A DNA stretch of 64,000 nt from a virus: positions 29,472 to 93,471 of IMG/VR virus record IMGVR_UViG_3300017963_000016, one strand, 5' to 3'. How positions within the stretch are numbered: position 1 is the first letter of the stretch; every line of letters starts with the position of its first letter. The notes beneath the pieces were generated by a model. That model was not told where the DNA came from. It did no database searches and worked only from the letters and a program-made list of their open reading frames with translations. This document shows, in pieces, positions 45,118-56,001 of the stretch. Made by a program: the position numbers and the translations under genes.

Positions 45118-45600
45118 TTATTTTAATACATAAACTTGAACTCTATTTTTTCCAAAAGACTTAGAGGCCATTACTTTAAGTTTAGATAACGGTATATTAT
45201 TTTCTTTTGAATATTCTTTTACAAATCTCTCAGCCTCTCCTTTAGCCTGTAATCCAGGAGAGCTATATGATTTCAAGAGGCTTTTGATCTTTCTTCCCTT
45301 TAAATTAATATACATATCCTCCCAAATCTTACCTGCGATAATCCCATCATTATATAGAGTATAACATTGGAGTTTTGTATTTTTACAGCCAATATACTCA
45401 ACTAGACCTCTATTGTTCAATCCTTTCAAGATATTATACAGGGATTTTCTTTCCTTACTCACATCTAATTTATTTACTTTTGATAATATTTGTTTATGAG
45501 TTAAGGGTTTTTCAGCCTTATATAAAACTCTTAATACTAGGGCCTCCACACTTCCTATTGAAAAGGAGCCTGGATACTTATACCATAGAATCTTATACAT
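45118..45600 (-). CDS. Winged-helix protein
   Basis: VLRVLY...PLTHKQI...LYNILKGLNNRGLVE...YTL...G. Confidence 0.7.
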   Translation of the reverse strand: MYKILWYKYPGSFSIGSVEALVLRVLYKAEKPLTHKQILSKVNKLDVSKERKSLYNILKGLNNRGLVEYIGCKNTKLQCYTLYNDGIIAGKIWEDMYINLKGRKIKSLLKSYSSPGLQAKGEAERFVKEYSKENNIPLSKLKVMASKSFGKNRVQVYVLK

Positions 45601-45689
45601 TTTTTATAAACCAATTTAATTTAATTGATTAATATATTATTTATTAAATTAATAAATTTCATGCTAAAAAAAGAAAAAAAAGAAAGGAT

Positions 45690-45938
45690 TTATTTTAAAG
45701 CTCTTACTTTATTGAGAAATTCATTATGAGGAATCCTTTTTTTCTTATCAGGGTCGATTTCGTTTAAATGTCTCCCTGTTGTATTTCCCCATTGGTTTTC
45801 AGAGATAAGTAATTTATTCCCTTTTTTAACAGCAACTAAAGTCTTATAGCTAAAAAAGAATCTAAATCCATTTATCCTCACTTCATTAAAATTTGGTTTA
45901 ATAGGATTAATCTCAGGTATACCTACCATTATTTTCAC
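45690..45938 (-). CDS. Conserved small phage-type protein
   Basis: FSYKTLVA......WGNTTGRHLN motif recalled from phage hypothetical proteins. Confidence 0.5.
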   Translation of the reverse strand: MKIMVGIPEINPIKPNFNEVRINGFRFFFSYKTLVAVKKGNKLLISENQWGNTTGRHLNEIDPDKKKRIPHNEFLNKVRALK

Positions 45939-46019
45939 TAATAATTTTTTTAATTAAAGTATTATTTTAGTTTTATTTTAATATTTAGATAAATAAAAAG
46001 AAAATTAAAGATTGAGTAT

Positions 46020-46370
46020 TTATTGAATATTGTATTTTCTCATGTTTTTCTCAACAAAATATCCCATACTAGCTATCATAGGCATTTTAGTAATAGTATT
46101 GAATATTATAGTTGTATCATAAGTATCTCCTTTATTTATATATAGAGCAACTATATCTCCATAATAACCTCTTCTAAATGATGAGCCTCTAATAGCCTCC
46201 ACTCCATAGCCTCCAATTAACTTGTTTATTCTTTTAAGCATAACTTCAGCTTTAGCTCCTGATACTTTTCTGATTTTGGATAACAATAAATCTATCTCTT
46301 TAGCCTCTTCTTTTGAAATACTGAATACTTGTAATAATCTTTTTTGCCTTTCATATCCCATAAAGTTCAC
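46020..46370 (-). CDS. Conserved phage-type hypothetical protein
   Basis: GYGVEAI...YINKGDTYDTTI motif. Confidence 0.5.
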   Translation of the reverse strand: MNFMGYERQKRLLQVFSISKEEAKEIDLLLSKIRKVSGAKAEVMLKRINKLIGGYGVEAIRGSSFRRGYYGDIVALYINKGDTYDTTIIFNTITKMPMIASMGYFVEKNMRKYNIQ

Positions 46371-46984
46371 TTAATTTTGTTTTAATTAATAATGAGATTA
46401 AGTTCTATTTTAGTTTTAAGATCAATTGATTAATTAGTATACTAAATAAAAGTTATACCAGGAAATGATCAATTTGTTTTGGATTGAGGAGATTATATTG
46501 GTTTAATCTTTATTCTTTTACTCAATTCCTTAGCAATTTTCTGAGATTTTAATAATGATTGAATCATAATCCTGGCCTGTTTTTTATCTTTCTCAAACCT
46601 AAATGAATATTCATTCGGCAATAATCCAAAAATATTATCTACTTTTTTAACAAAATCATCTAGGAATTTCTTAGTATATACAGGAGATTTAGTATCAACA
46701 ACAATATTCATAATAATATTATATCAATCTTAGATTAAAGTTTTTTTATTTAAAAAAAAAAGAAAAAAAAATTAATTAGTGATTATATCTCTTATCTTCT
46801 AAAATCTCATCAATTTGTTTAATTAATGGCTCCCTGATTTTAGGAGAGGCTTGTTTAATTAAACCTCTCCTATAAACTTTAAGCATTTCAAGAAAAACCT
46901 TATCAGTTATTTTATCATAGGTTAATCCATGCTGTTTAATAAGAGCTATACTTATCTCTATATGAGATATTTTCAAACTATATA

Positions 46985-47338
46985 CTACCATTCTTTAAAT
47001 CCCTCTAGATTGTTTTTAAATACTCTTCTTTTCAAATATACCAAAACCTGATATAATTCTACTCCTTTTGGAGTAAGCTGAATCTGTTTTTCATGATCAT
47101 TCAGTTTAAAGATTCTGATTAGTTGCTCTTGGAGGAGAATATCTTTATTTCTAATAAACATATTCTTATTTCCGATATTATCTAATCTTGTATAGAATGA
47201 AGAGTAAGGCAAACAATTAACCCATTCCTGAGGAGGCCTTTCCTCAGGATTATTATTACTCTCATCTATCCAATCTTTAAGAATATCTAATATTTTCCAA
47301 AAGCCTATTTTTTTGAAGAGCTGATGTAATTTTTTCAT
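46985..47338 (-). CDS. Winged-helix protein
   Basis: LLQEQLIRI...IQLTPKGVELY. Confidence 0.6.
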   Translation of the reverse strand: MKKLHQLFKKIGFWKILDILKDWIDESNNNPEERPPQEWVNCLPYSSFYTRLDNIGNKNMFIRNKDILLQEQLIRIFKLNDHEKQIQLTPKGVELYQVLVYLKRRVFKNNLEGFKEW

Positions 47339-47361
47339 AATTTTTCCTCCATTTCTATTTA

Positions 47362-48114
47362 TTATAAGGTATTATTTCTTATTATATTATCTGAAATAAT
47401 CTTTAAGTTCTTTTTTGTTAAAATATACTCCTTAGGGTTTAGACCTGAATTTTCATAATCCTGTTTAAATTTTTTTATTTTATCTTGATAAGTATGAAAT
47501 ATCTTAGGCTCCTCATATCTTAATTTATTATCGAATACTTTTTCTAATCCCTTTTGAGTTATACTATAATAATATTCTGATAACTCAAAGTTAGTCTTAA
47601 AAGCTAAGCCATTACTTATTAAATCCTCTAGGATACCTCTTATTTTATTATAAGGGATTATAATATCATGGCATTGGAATAAATAGCTTTTAATTCTAGA
47701 GATAGTTATCTCATCACTATCATAACTTAGGCCATAGTTTTCTGTAAATGGGAATTTTCTGAAAAATCTTATCTTAATCCAGGTTTTATGTAATTTCCTC
47801 TTCTTATAATTAAACCAAACAAAATATAATTGTTTTAAAATAATTTCATGTAAATCCTGGTTTAATCTATTAATAAACTTAAACTCTCTCTGAGCTTTTA
47901 ATAATGAGCTTAATTTCTGAAAGTTAAAACATTTTTCCTTGAAATAGGTTTTTATCTCATTAATACTCTTAGTATGAAATCTAATATCAAAATTATAAGT
48001 CTTTTTATCTTTAAAATCCTGGAATTTAATTTCTATTAAATAATAATCTTTAGCTTTTCTAATATTAAAAAAATGAATATTATTAAAAAAAAAGTTAGTT
48101 TTTAATTCTTTCAT
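47362..48114 (-). CDS. Protein with C-terminal winged helix
   Basis: IRGILEDLISNGL......YYSITQKG. Confidence 0.5.
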   Translation of the reverse strand: MKELKTNFFFNNIHFFNIRKAKDYYLIEIKFQDFKDKKTYNFDIRFHTKSINEIKTYFKEKCFNFQKLSSLLKAQREFKFINRLNQDLHEIILKQLYFVWFNYKKRKLHKTWIKIRFFRKFPFTENYGLSYDSDEITISRIKSYLFQCHDIIIPYNKIRGILEDLISNGLAFKTNFELSEYYYSITQKGLEKVFDNKLRYEEPKIFHTYQDKIKKFKQDYENSGLNPKEYILTKKNLKIISDNIIRNNTL

Positions 48115-49872
48115 ATAATATAAGCCTCCTTTTAATTGCTCCTTTCATACCAATAATTTTCTATTAATTCAAATAGGTTTTTAGCAACTAATTCACGATC
48201 ATCTTGGTTTAGCTCATCTAATAGGCCTAAGTCCTCTATAAAATCAGTAATTCCATCAAAAAAATAGACTAATAGATCAGGTTTATCAGATAGATCAATA
48301 TTGTATACATCTTTAATCTCTCTTTTAATGCTTTCAATATCCTTATCCAAATTTTTCATTTAATTTCTCAGCTCCAAAAATCCATATTGTAATTTTTGAT
48401 AAATTCGGCAACTATAAATCTTAGCTTATTCTCATCATTAATTAATTCTGAAATCCAGGAATGAAGAGTTTTAGTAAAAGCATTATTTTTATTAGATTCT
48501 AAAGTCTCTTTAAATTTTTTCTGTAAATCAGGCTCTAAAGAAAAGTGAAATCCTGCTATGGTATCTATGAATCCTCCAATTTTAATTAAGCAATCTCTAA
48601 AACCATGTAAATAACCTTTTTTAAACCATTTTTCAGTTGTTTTTGCCATTTTATTTTACCTCAAAGTTTATTATATATTTTTGATATTTTTCCATAAATT
48701 CTTTCGGCTTAGACTCATTTTCTAAGCATTCCTCAGGAAGTAATGATTTTATAATTATTAAGGCTTTTTTAGATATTTGTGTTAAACACTTTTCGCAAAT
48801 AAAGAAAATCTCTTTAATTTTAAAGTAATCCTTATCAGAGCAAATATCCTCTGTTTTATAGTATCTTAGTAAATGGCTCTCACATAGCTTTTGGTTTTTT
48901 AATTGCTCTTCTTTATCCTCCAGGCTAAATCCTAATGTAGATTTAAATCTTTTCATAAGTCTCTCATAATAATCAGCATAGCATGGATAGGCTTTATTTG
49001 GATATTCATGTTGGCATTTGAATAATCTACTAGGCTTTTCTGATGAGAAATCCTTATTGCTAATCTCCTCATCTTCCTCAGGAGATACAAAAGAATCATA
49101 AGCCTCTCCTAAAAAATCTTTATAGAAATCTGATTGTTTTACTGAAGTATGTAAATCAAAATACATTTGATTAGCCATTTTAATAATTTTATCTAGGCTC
49201 CCTTTCTCAACTACTATACTCTCTCCATAATGAACATTTTTTTTAAATAAGTTAAATTCCTGCTGTTGAGTATGTTTATTGAAATATGTAAAAGAGGAAA
49301 TCCTATTCTCCATTATATCCATGACTAATTCAAATTCATTAGTTATAAAGTTCCTCCAGATTTTTAGCCTATGGTTTGGTAATCCATGCTTTTCTTGGCT
49401 TACTTTTGGAATCCAGGCATAAAGATCATATTCTAACATGCTATAACCAGGATGATCTAAATCCTCTGAAAAAAATTCATGTTCACATATATAAGACTTC
49501 ATGTGTGAGCCTCCATTTCATCTATTATATCGAAGATTTTGGATAATAAATCTTTATTTGGTTGTTTATATTTATTATCTTGGATAATCATTGGTCTTTC
49601 TTTTGCCTTTATGATTCTTACTAAATGCTTATCAAATTGCTTGGTAAAAGGTATCATTTTACTCATTTGCTTCTCAGATAATAGTAGAAATCCCTTAGTA
49701 ATTCCTTTTTTGATTAATTCTATGGATAATCTTTCCTTATTTATTTTTTCCATGATAAACTTAGTTTGAATGTTGATTTCTAACTCTATTTTTTCTATTA
49801 CTTTTGTTTGATTATTTTCCATAATTTTTTCCTCCCTGTTTGATTATTTTGTTTATTCAAATTTTTATTTAG

Positions 49873-49914
49873 AATCGAAATGATTTTTCTTTTCAGGCTA
49901 ATCGAATTGGTTAA
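49873..49914. promoter_or_regulatory. Paired AATCGAAWTGRTT boxes 27 bp apart, copy 1
   Basis: Boxes at 49873 and 49900, upstream of 49499..49822. Confidence 0.7.
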
Positions 49915-50480
49915 GCCTATAGAAAAGAAAAAAAAAGTCATTGATATTTCCTCCTTAGATGTGGTTATCCTCAAAATTAGGGCAATCGAAAAGAGGATGA
50001 GGCTCTACATGAAAATATTTATCATAATCTTGCTTTTCTGATTTATATTTATTATAAATCATTTTCCATTCTGAAATCTGATTCATTATTATATCAATCT
50101 CATCAGTTAATTCTTCCTGAGTTGGCTCCTTAACTTCAATTAATACCTTCTCTTCAGGATGTTGCTTATAATATTCCTCTAGCTCTTTAAACTCATCCTC
50201 ATCAATATCAAATTCCACATGGCCATTGACAAAATCTATTAGTTCCTGTTCAGATTTTTGCTCCTCTTCTTTTACCAACTCTGGATTGAATAGTTTTTCT
50301 AACTCATAGGCTAATATACTTAGTTGCTCCTCAAAATTCCCTATAGTCATTTCAATACATCCCTGTAAACTATTGAAATAAATATCGTGCCGATCAAATG
50401 CCTTTCCTAATACTTCTAAAACTTCCTTATCCATGATAATATTCCTCCTTATTTTTTGATTTATTCTTTTTTTATATTCA

Positions 50481-50522
50481 AATCGAAATGATTTTCCCTT
50501 TCAGAGCAATCGAAATGATTAA
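50481..50522. promoter_or_regulatory. Paired AATCGAAATGATT boxes 27 bp apart, copy 2
   Basis: Boxes at 50481 and 50508, upstream of 49955..50434. Confidence 0.7.
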
Positions 50523-51439
50523 TCTCTTTAGAAATAGGAAAAAAACAATTTTATTCATTTTATTAGCCTCCATTTGCTATTTGAACTATTCTTTTAACAT
50601 CCTTTATATATGTGAGCTGAGCCTTAGTAAGATTGCCATTTCTCTTAATCCATTCAGTAAATACTCTAAAGATTTTATTTCTCTCTGATAATGTAAAAAG
50701 TTCAATAGATATTTCATGTTTGGAGAGAAATTCAGCAAGATTACCAATAAAAATAATACTCCCTGCTGATAATTCTGTGAATTTTATAATATTTCTAAAA
50801 TATTCTATTCTTTCGTTTTTATGATTTAAATCAGCTCTTAACTCAGATATTTCTTTTCTTAATCTTTCGATCTCTTTATTTTGAGTATGTTGATCTATTA
50901 TTGTATTTTCTTTATACAATTTTTCTTTCTCAAAAATCTCACGATCAATCAAATTTACTATTTTCTCAAGATCATCAAAAAAGCTAAGCTCATTATCTTC
51001 TACTTTAGATTTTATTGAATCTATTTTCTCTTTTCTTGTCTTTCCAACAAATATCATATCATTCTTGATTATTCTGAGAGTTTTTTTATCAGATTGGGAA
51101 ATTCCTCTCATTTTAATCATATAATTGACAATTTGTTTTAATAATAAATCTGATCGGTTATAAAAAGGATTCTCAAAAATATAATCTCCCTTTCTTTTCA
51201 AGAAATCAACGATCTTATTTACAATTCCCATTTTATAAGTCCTCCTGATTTTTTTCAATATAGAACATAAAGAAGTCAATTTCATTAAGCCATATTCCTT
51301 TAATATGCTTTTCGGCATAAGGCCTGGTATATCCAAAATTCTTTACAAAACTCTTGATTGCTCTCTCTTTTAGTTCTATATAAATATGCTCTGGAATTAA
51401 ACCATTTATTTCATTCATTTTATATCATTCCTCCTTAAA

Positions 51440-52009
51440 TTAAAAAAAAGATGTAATTAATTTGTTTATTTGTTTAGTTTTTTGCTCTTTGGTATCCTCT
51501 TGATTTAAGTGTTTATAACATAATGGGCATAAGCATATTTGAGAGTTGCCTGGAAAGTTTTTCTTATCAAGAATGTGAAATGTATTTCCTGGAGCCATAA
51601 CAATATTACAGGTTAAACATCTCACTACTTTATTTGTTCTAATTTTCCAGAAAGCATAATCAATTTCACATTTAGGACAATGAGCAAAAATCCATTGTCT
51701 TTCTTTAAAGCCTTTAATAAACATGCCTCCCTCATGTTTGAAATGTTCTAAAGGGTCTAGGAGGCTTTTACAACTAGGACAATTCCTTTTAGAGTTTTTT
51801 TGATAAAAAGATAAGGGAGGATATTCATTTACCTCTCTTATTCCCTTATCTAATATCATATCAATAAGCTCTTGATAAGGATTTGCTAGCTTTTTCCAAC
51901 ATATCGGGCCTAGTCCTCTAGATATTGATTTAGGGTCGGATAAGGGTTTACCACAACATCGGCAAAAACAAGAGACTACCGTATTATTCATATTTTCCAT
52001 AATGATCAT
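51440..52009 (-). CDS. DUF6011 Zn-finger protein with extra Zn ribbons
   Basis: CRCCGKPLSDPKSISRGLGPICWKK plus further CxxC pairs. Confidence 0.85.
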   Translation of the reverse strand: MIIMENMNNTVVSCFCRCCGKPLSDPKSISRGLGPICWKKLANPYQELIDMILDKGIREVNEYPPLSFYQKNSKRNCPSCKSLLDPLEHFKHEGGMFIKGFKERQWIFAHCPKCEIDYAFWKIRTNKVVRCLTCNIVMAPGNTFHILDKKNFPGNSQICLCPLCYKHLNQEDTKEQKTKQINKLITSFF

Positions 52010-52012
52010 TTT

Positions 52013-52063
52013 ATATTATTTCTAATAATATTATTTCCAATAATATATTATTTCCAATAATAT
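52013..52063. repeat. 17 bp tandem quasi-palindromic repeat x3 (ATATTATTTCCAATAAT)
   Basis: Copies at 52013 (degenerate), 52028 and 52045. Confidence 0.85.
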
Positions 52064-52147
52064 ATAAATATATCTCTCCTCTAAAAAAGGCTGTAGTATT
52101 AAAATAACTTTAAAATTACTAAGTATTAGTTAGTCATTCAATTCCAG

Positions 52148-52195
52148 GAAAAAAAGAAAAAATTGGTAGAATAATTAAAAAAGAAAAGAAAAAAA
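52148..52195 (-). terminator. Oligo-T archaeal-type terminator (representative)
   Basis: TTTTTTCTTTTCTTTTT directly after the stop of 52196..52498; similar tracts near 39820, 40425, 45105, 45667, 46752, 49920 and 55120. Confidence 0.6.
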
Positions 52196-53897
52196 TTATC
52201 TAATTAATAAGCCATCCTCTATATTTTGCCAAACCAGGTATCTTTTTCTTAATTTTTCTCCTTTTGGAGATTCAGAAATTCTCTCCATTGTTAATTTATT
52301 TACATTGTTTAAGGTTTGATAAAAGCTTTTTTTAATAGCTACTACTTTTCCGTTTAGTTTATAGCCTTTCTTTAGAGGCCTCCATAATGTTCCTAATTTA
52401 GTATTGATAGTATAATGATCATCCTGGATTAAAATATCTCCAATTTCTAGCAGAGGCTTTTTTTGTCTATTATATCCTGAGATTGTTATAGTTTTCATAA
52501 AGAATCTTATCCTTTCATTTTGTTTAAGGCTTTATTTAAAGTTTCAATACAGATATTCAGAACAGGATAACCCAATTCAGCAGGAGTGTGAACATAAGGC
52601 TCTTTTCTTGGTCTTTTAGACTTTCCTAAAAGATCATAAAGCTCCTCTAACTCTTCTTTACTGAGAGATTTTAGCTTTTTATCTACTCTTTTCAATTCAG
52701 CTAAATTAGTTTGTTTTCCTGAATACCAACATCTATATTTTACTTTTTTAGGCATGAATAATATTTAGATTTCAAGAATTTAAAATTTAAGTTATCAGGA
52801 TTTTAAGAAAATGTTTTGAATAGTTTGATCATTTATTTGTATCACTCTCCTGCTATACAATATCCATTTTCTAGTTTCAATAATCCTTTTTTAATTAAAA
52901 TTAATGATATATCTCTGATTTCTTGCTCACTATATCTTGAAAAATATTCCTTTATTTCATAGAATTTAACTCTCTTTCTCATTTTCACAAATGTAATCAT
53001 ATTATTCTCAGTTAAAATAATTATTATCACATCATTTAATCTTCTATTTTAATCTTGGAATAAAAAGAATTACAGCTTTAGTTCCTTCATTTAGGCTCAT
53101 ATATCCATTTATCTTTACATTTCTTAATCTCTAATCCTGAGGATATAATTTTGGCTTTTTTAGAATCATTTTTGTCAATAAGAATCCTTTTTTTCCTCCC
53201 AAATTCTATTAAAGGCTCATTCTTCATTCTTATATATATTTGAACAGTTTGAGATAATTTTTCAGGCAATTTTTTACCATTTTTCTATTTTTATTATCAA
53301 ATCAATCAAATTGCTTTTTTTTAGTGTATTCAGATTTTCCTTTAGGTTTTTCTCAAAATCGGGTTTAGCTAGGAAGAAAGGAGAAAAGGATAATACTTTA
53401 GATTTGTTTTGATAAATTAGGTTTATCAATTCTTCTTTCTTGTAATTCTTATTGAGGAAGTTTTTTCTAACTTCAATATTTTTCTTTCTAGCCTCCTCAA
53501 CTATCCCTTTTTTAAATTCCGTTTTTACCATTGAATACACTTTATTTAGTAATTTTCTTATCTTTAAGCTCTTTTGGTAAATTAAGCCAAAAATTAGTTA
53601 TTCTACTCCTCATTTTATCTAATGCTTTCTTTATAGCATTTAGCTCTGCTTTTCTTGTTTTATTCAAAAGTTTTACAACAGGAGTTAGTTCATTATTTGC
53701 TGAATTAACTCCACTAAGAGCTTTATTTATTTGATCTGTTATATCAGGCATAATTACTCATTTAAATTATTTTAATCTAAATAATATTTTCATTAACTTT
53801 TATTTAATTCTTAGGTAATATTACGATAATATTTAGATATAGCTATTTATTCGTAAAACTGAAATTTCACGAAGATAAAATAAAAAAAATAGAGAGA

Positions 53898-54320
53898 TTA
53901 TCTCTTTTCTACATAAGCATAATTATATCCTTTTAATTTAACCAATTCTACTTTCTTGAACTTATGCTTTATCTGATATAATTCTCTTCCTTTTTGCCAA
54001 TATATTTTCTCCCAAATATCCTCTTTATAGAGTTTTTTATCGGTTTTGATATATCTAAGAGCATTTTTATAACTAAAAGTATACACTTCATTACCGATTA
54101 ACCAAATTCTCTTAGGTTTTAAACCCATTCTTTTAATTTTATCTCTAGTTGTTAAGATAAAATCTAATCTCTCTGATTTTGATAAATTACTGCTTACTTT
54201 TATGCCTTTTTCACTAGCATATAATTTCAATTGTCTACTAGTTAATTTATCTAATTCTCTCTTTGTTATTTTTGGGAGAGGCATCTTCATTGTTTTACTA
54301 AAAATCTCAAAATCAGCCAT
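53898..54320 (-). CDS. Rho-N/HeH-like domain protein
   Basis: ELDKLTSRQLKLYASEKGIKVSSNLSKSERLDFI. Confidence 0.6.
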   Translation of the reverse strand: MADFEIFSKTMKMPLPKITKRELDKLTSRQLKLYASEKGIKVSSNLSKSERLDFILTTRDKIKRMGLKPKRIWLIGNEVYTFSYKNALRYIKTDKKLYKEDIWEKIYWQKGRELYQIKHKFKKVELVKLKGYNYAYVEKR

Positions 54321-54468
54321 ATTTAATAATTTGTTTTTCTTTTATAAAAATTTGATGTAATTTCTAAACTAATAACCTTTTTATCATAACAATATGAGCA
54401 TGAAAGCCTCTTACTCAAAACTATCGTTTTGGTAAAATCCCTAAGAGTAAATATATAATATTCAAATC

Positions 54469-54554
54469 AATCGATCACTAGTCGTAAAATTTTCAGAGGA
54501 GAAAATTTTTAAAATGAATTTTATAATGTTTTGGAGGCTCCAGGTATTCAAAAT
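54469..54554. repeat. 86 bp intergenic direct repeat, copy 2
   Basis: 80/86 identical to 44145-44230. Confidence 0.95.
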
Positions 54555-55050
54555 CAACCTTTTATCCTGGAAATCAGGATATTAAAAATGATCAAATCTG
54601 AACATAAAATTTTGTCCCGGATAAATTGAATGATCAAATATGATCATTAGTTCTAAAACCTGAGGATTTGAAGTATACCAAATAAAAGTTTTACCAGATA
54701 TTTTCATTTTTCAGGTCCTGTTATCAAGAATTGATGAAATTTTTTAATAACGGTTTTGAGTTAAAATATTTAATAAATTTCTCATAACTCTCAGGAGTTT
54801 TAATAATTATGCTGAGGCCTTTCCTCTGGGCATTTAAAACAATTCCTGCAATTCTTTCAGCCTCTTTTGATGAGAATGGTATTGGATTAGGAAATAGTTT
54901 ATCATAACATTCTAAACAATAGATTTCAGAGGCAAAAAAATTTATTCTAAAAGCATGATGTTTTTCTAGTAATCCTTTCTCTATCCCATTTCCTTTATTA
55001 CAATCTAGATTAGAACATATAATTTTACCATTAATTATTCTTATAGGCAT

Positions 55051-55086
55051 ATAATTTTACTAGAATCAATCTATATAAGTTTTAGG
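55051..55086 (-). promoter_or_regulatory. Archaeal TATA promoter for a short-leader transcript (representative)
   Basis: Minus strand AAAACTTATATAG about 21-30 nt before ATG 55050 with no SD; similar geometry at 39752, 40132, 41102, 43997, 46711, 52755 and 54320. Confidence 0.55.
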
Positions 55087-55149
55087 CTATTTATATTCTC
55101 AGGATAATTTTTAGGGTCCTAAAAAAATAAAAAAAAATAAAAAATTTAA

Positions 55150-56001
55150 TTAAGGCTTTGAGCCTCTTTGTCTTGATTTCTTTTTTGGTTTGGCTCCCTT
55201 TTTTGCTCTTCTATTATATCTTATAAATGCTAATCCTGTAATAAGGCCTATTAAAACAACTCCTCCAAATGTTATTATTCCCATTGTTATAATATAAGTA
55301 TAATCTTGTTTAACCTGTATTAACACATGGTCAAAATATAGCTCAAAATCAGCTCCATAATTGAGTTTTATCCAAACTAATTCAATATTTAAGCAATTGC
55401 TCTCATCCCTCTCAGTAAAATCCTTATGTATAATTTCTTTCTTTTCAAAATTGAATGTTATTTCATCATTCCTAGAACTCCATAAGGAATTTTCAGCTAT
55501 ATCGTCTTTGCTATCTTGATCTTCTATAGAAGAATTATAGAATACTAACTCATCAATTAGATTATCATGGAAATCTAAAGCTATGTAGAATTTCTTATCA
55601 ATTTGGTTTCTTAAAAGAAGTATGAAATCTGTTGTGGTTTGATTTAATACAAGATCATCTCTCAATTTCATATCTATTTCAATTTCATCCTTATCCTCTT
55701 TAAATTTCAGCTCTGATATATCAACATCTTTAGGTTTTGATTTAATTTGTTTTTCCTCAGGATTATCAATTTTGTAATGAATTATCTCTAATAGATCATC
55801 GAAATTATCTATATCCCATTCATAAGGCCATATAATTTCCTCTAATAATGAGATAATTAATAATGGATTTATTTTATGTATATCCTCCTCATTATCCTTA
55901 ATTATAATATCTAGGTCTTCTGATTCTTCAGCATAAACAATTGGAATAGATAGGGAGATTAAGATCAAAAAGAGAAAAGCCATAGGTTTGTATGCTTTCA
56001 T
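55150..56001 (-). CDS. Secreted, acidic, C-terminally anchored surface protein
   Basis: Signal peptide, D/E-rich ectodomain, TM helix, K/R-rich tail. Confidence 0.75.
   Translation of the reverse strand: MKAYKPMAFLFLILISLSIPIVYAEESEDLDIIIKDNEEDIHKINPLLIISLLEEIIWPYEWDIDNFDDLLEIIHYKIDNPEEKQIKSKPKDVDISELKFKEDKDEIEIDMKLRDDLVLNQTTTDFILLLRNQIDKKFYIALDFHDNLIDELVFYNSSIEDQDSKDDIAENSLWSSRNDEITFNFEKKEIIHKDFTERDESNCLNIELVWIKLNYGADFELYFDHVLIQVKQDYTYIITMGIITFGGVVLIGLITGLAFIRYNRRAKKGAKPKKKSRQRGSKP

Noticed and set aside
51232-51336. Annotated N-terminal extension of 50563..51336
   Set aside because: It overlaps 51233..51418; the real start is more likely the ATG at about 51231 (MGIVNK), right after the upstream stop.
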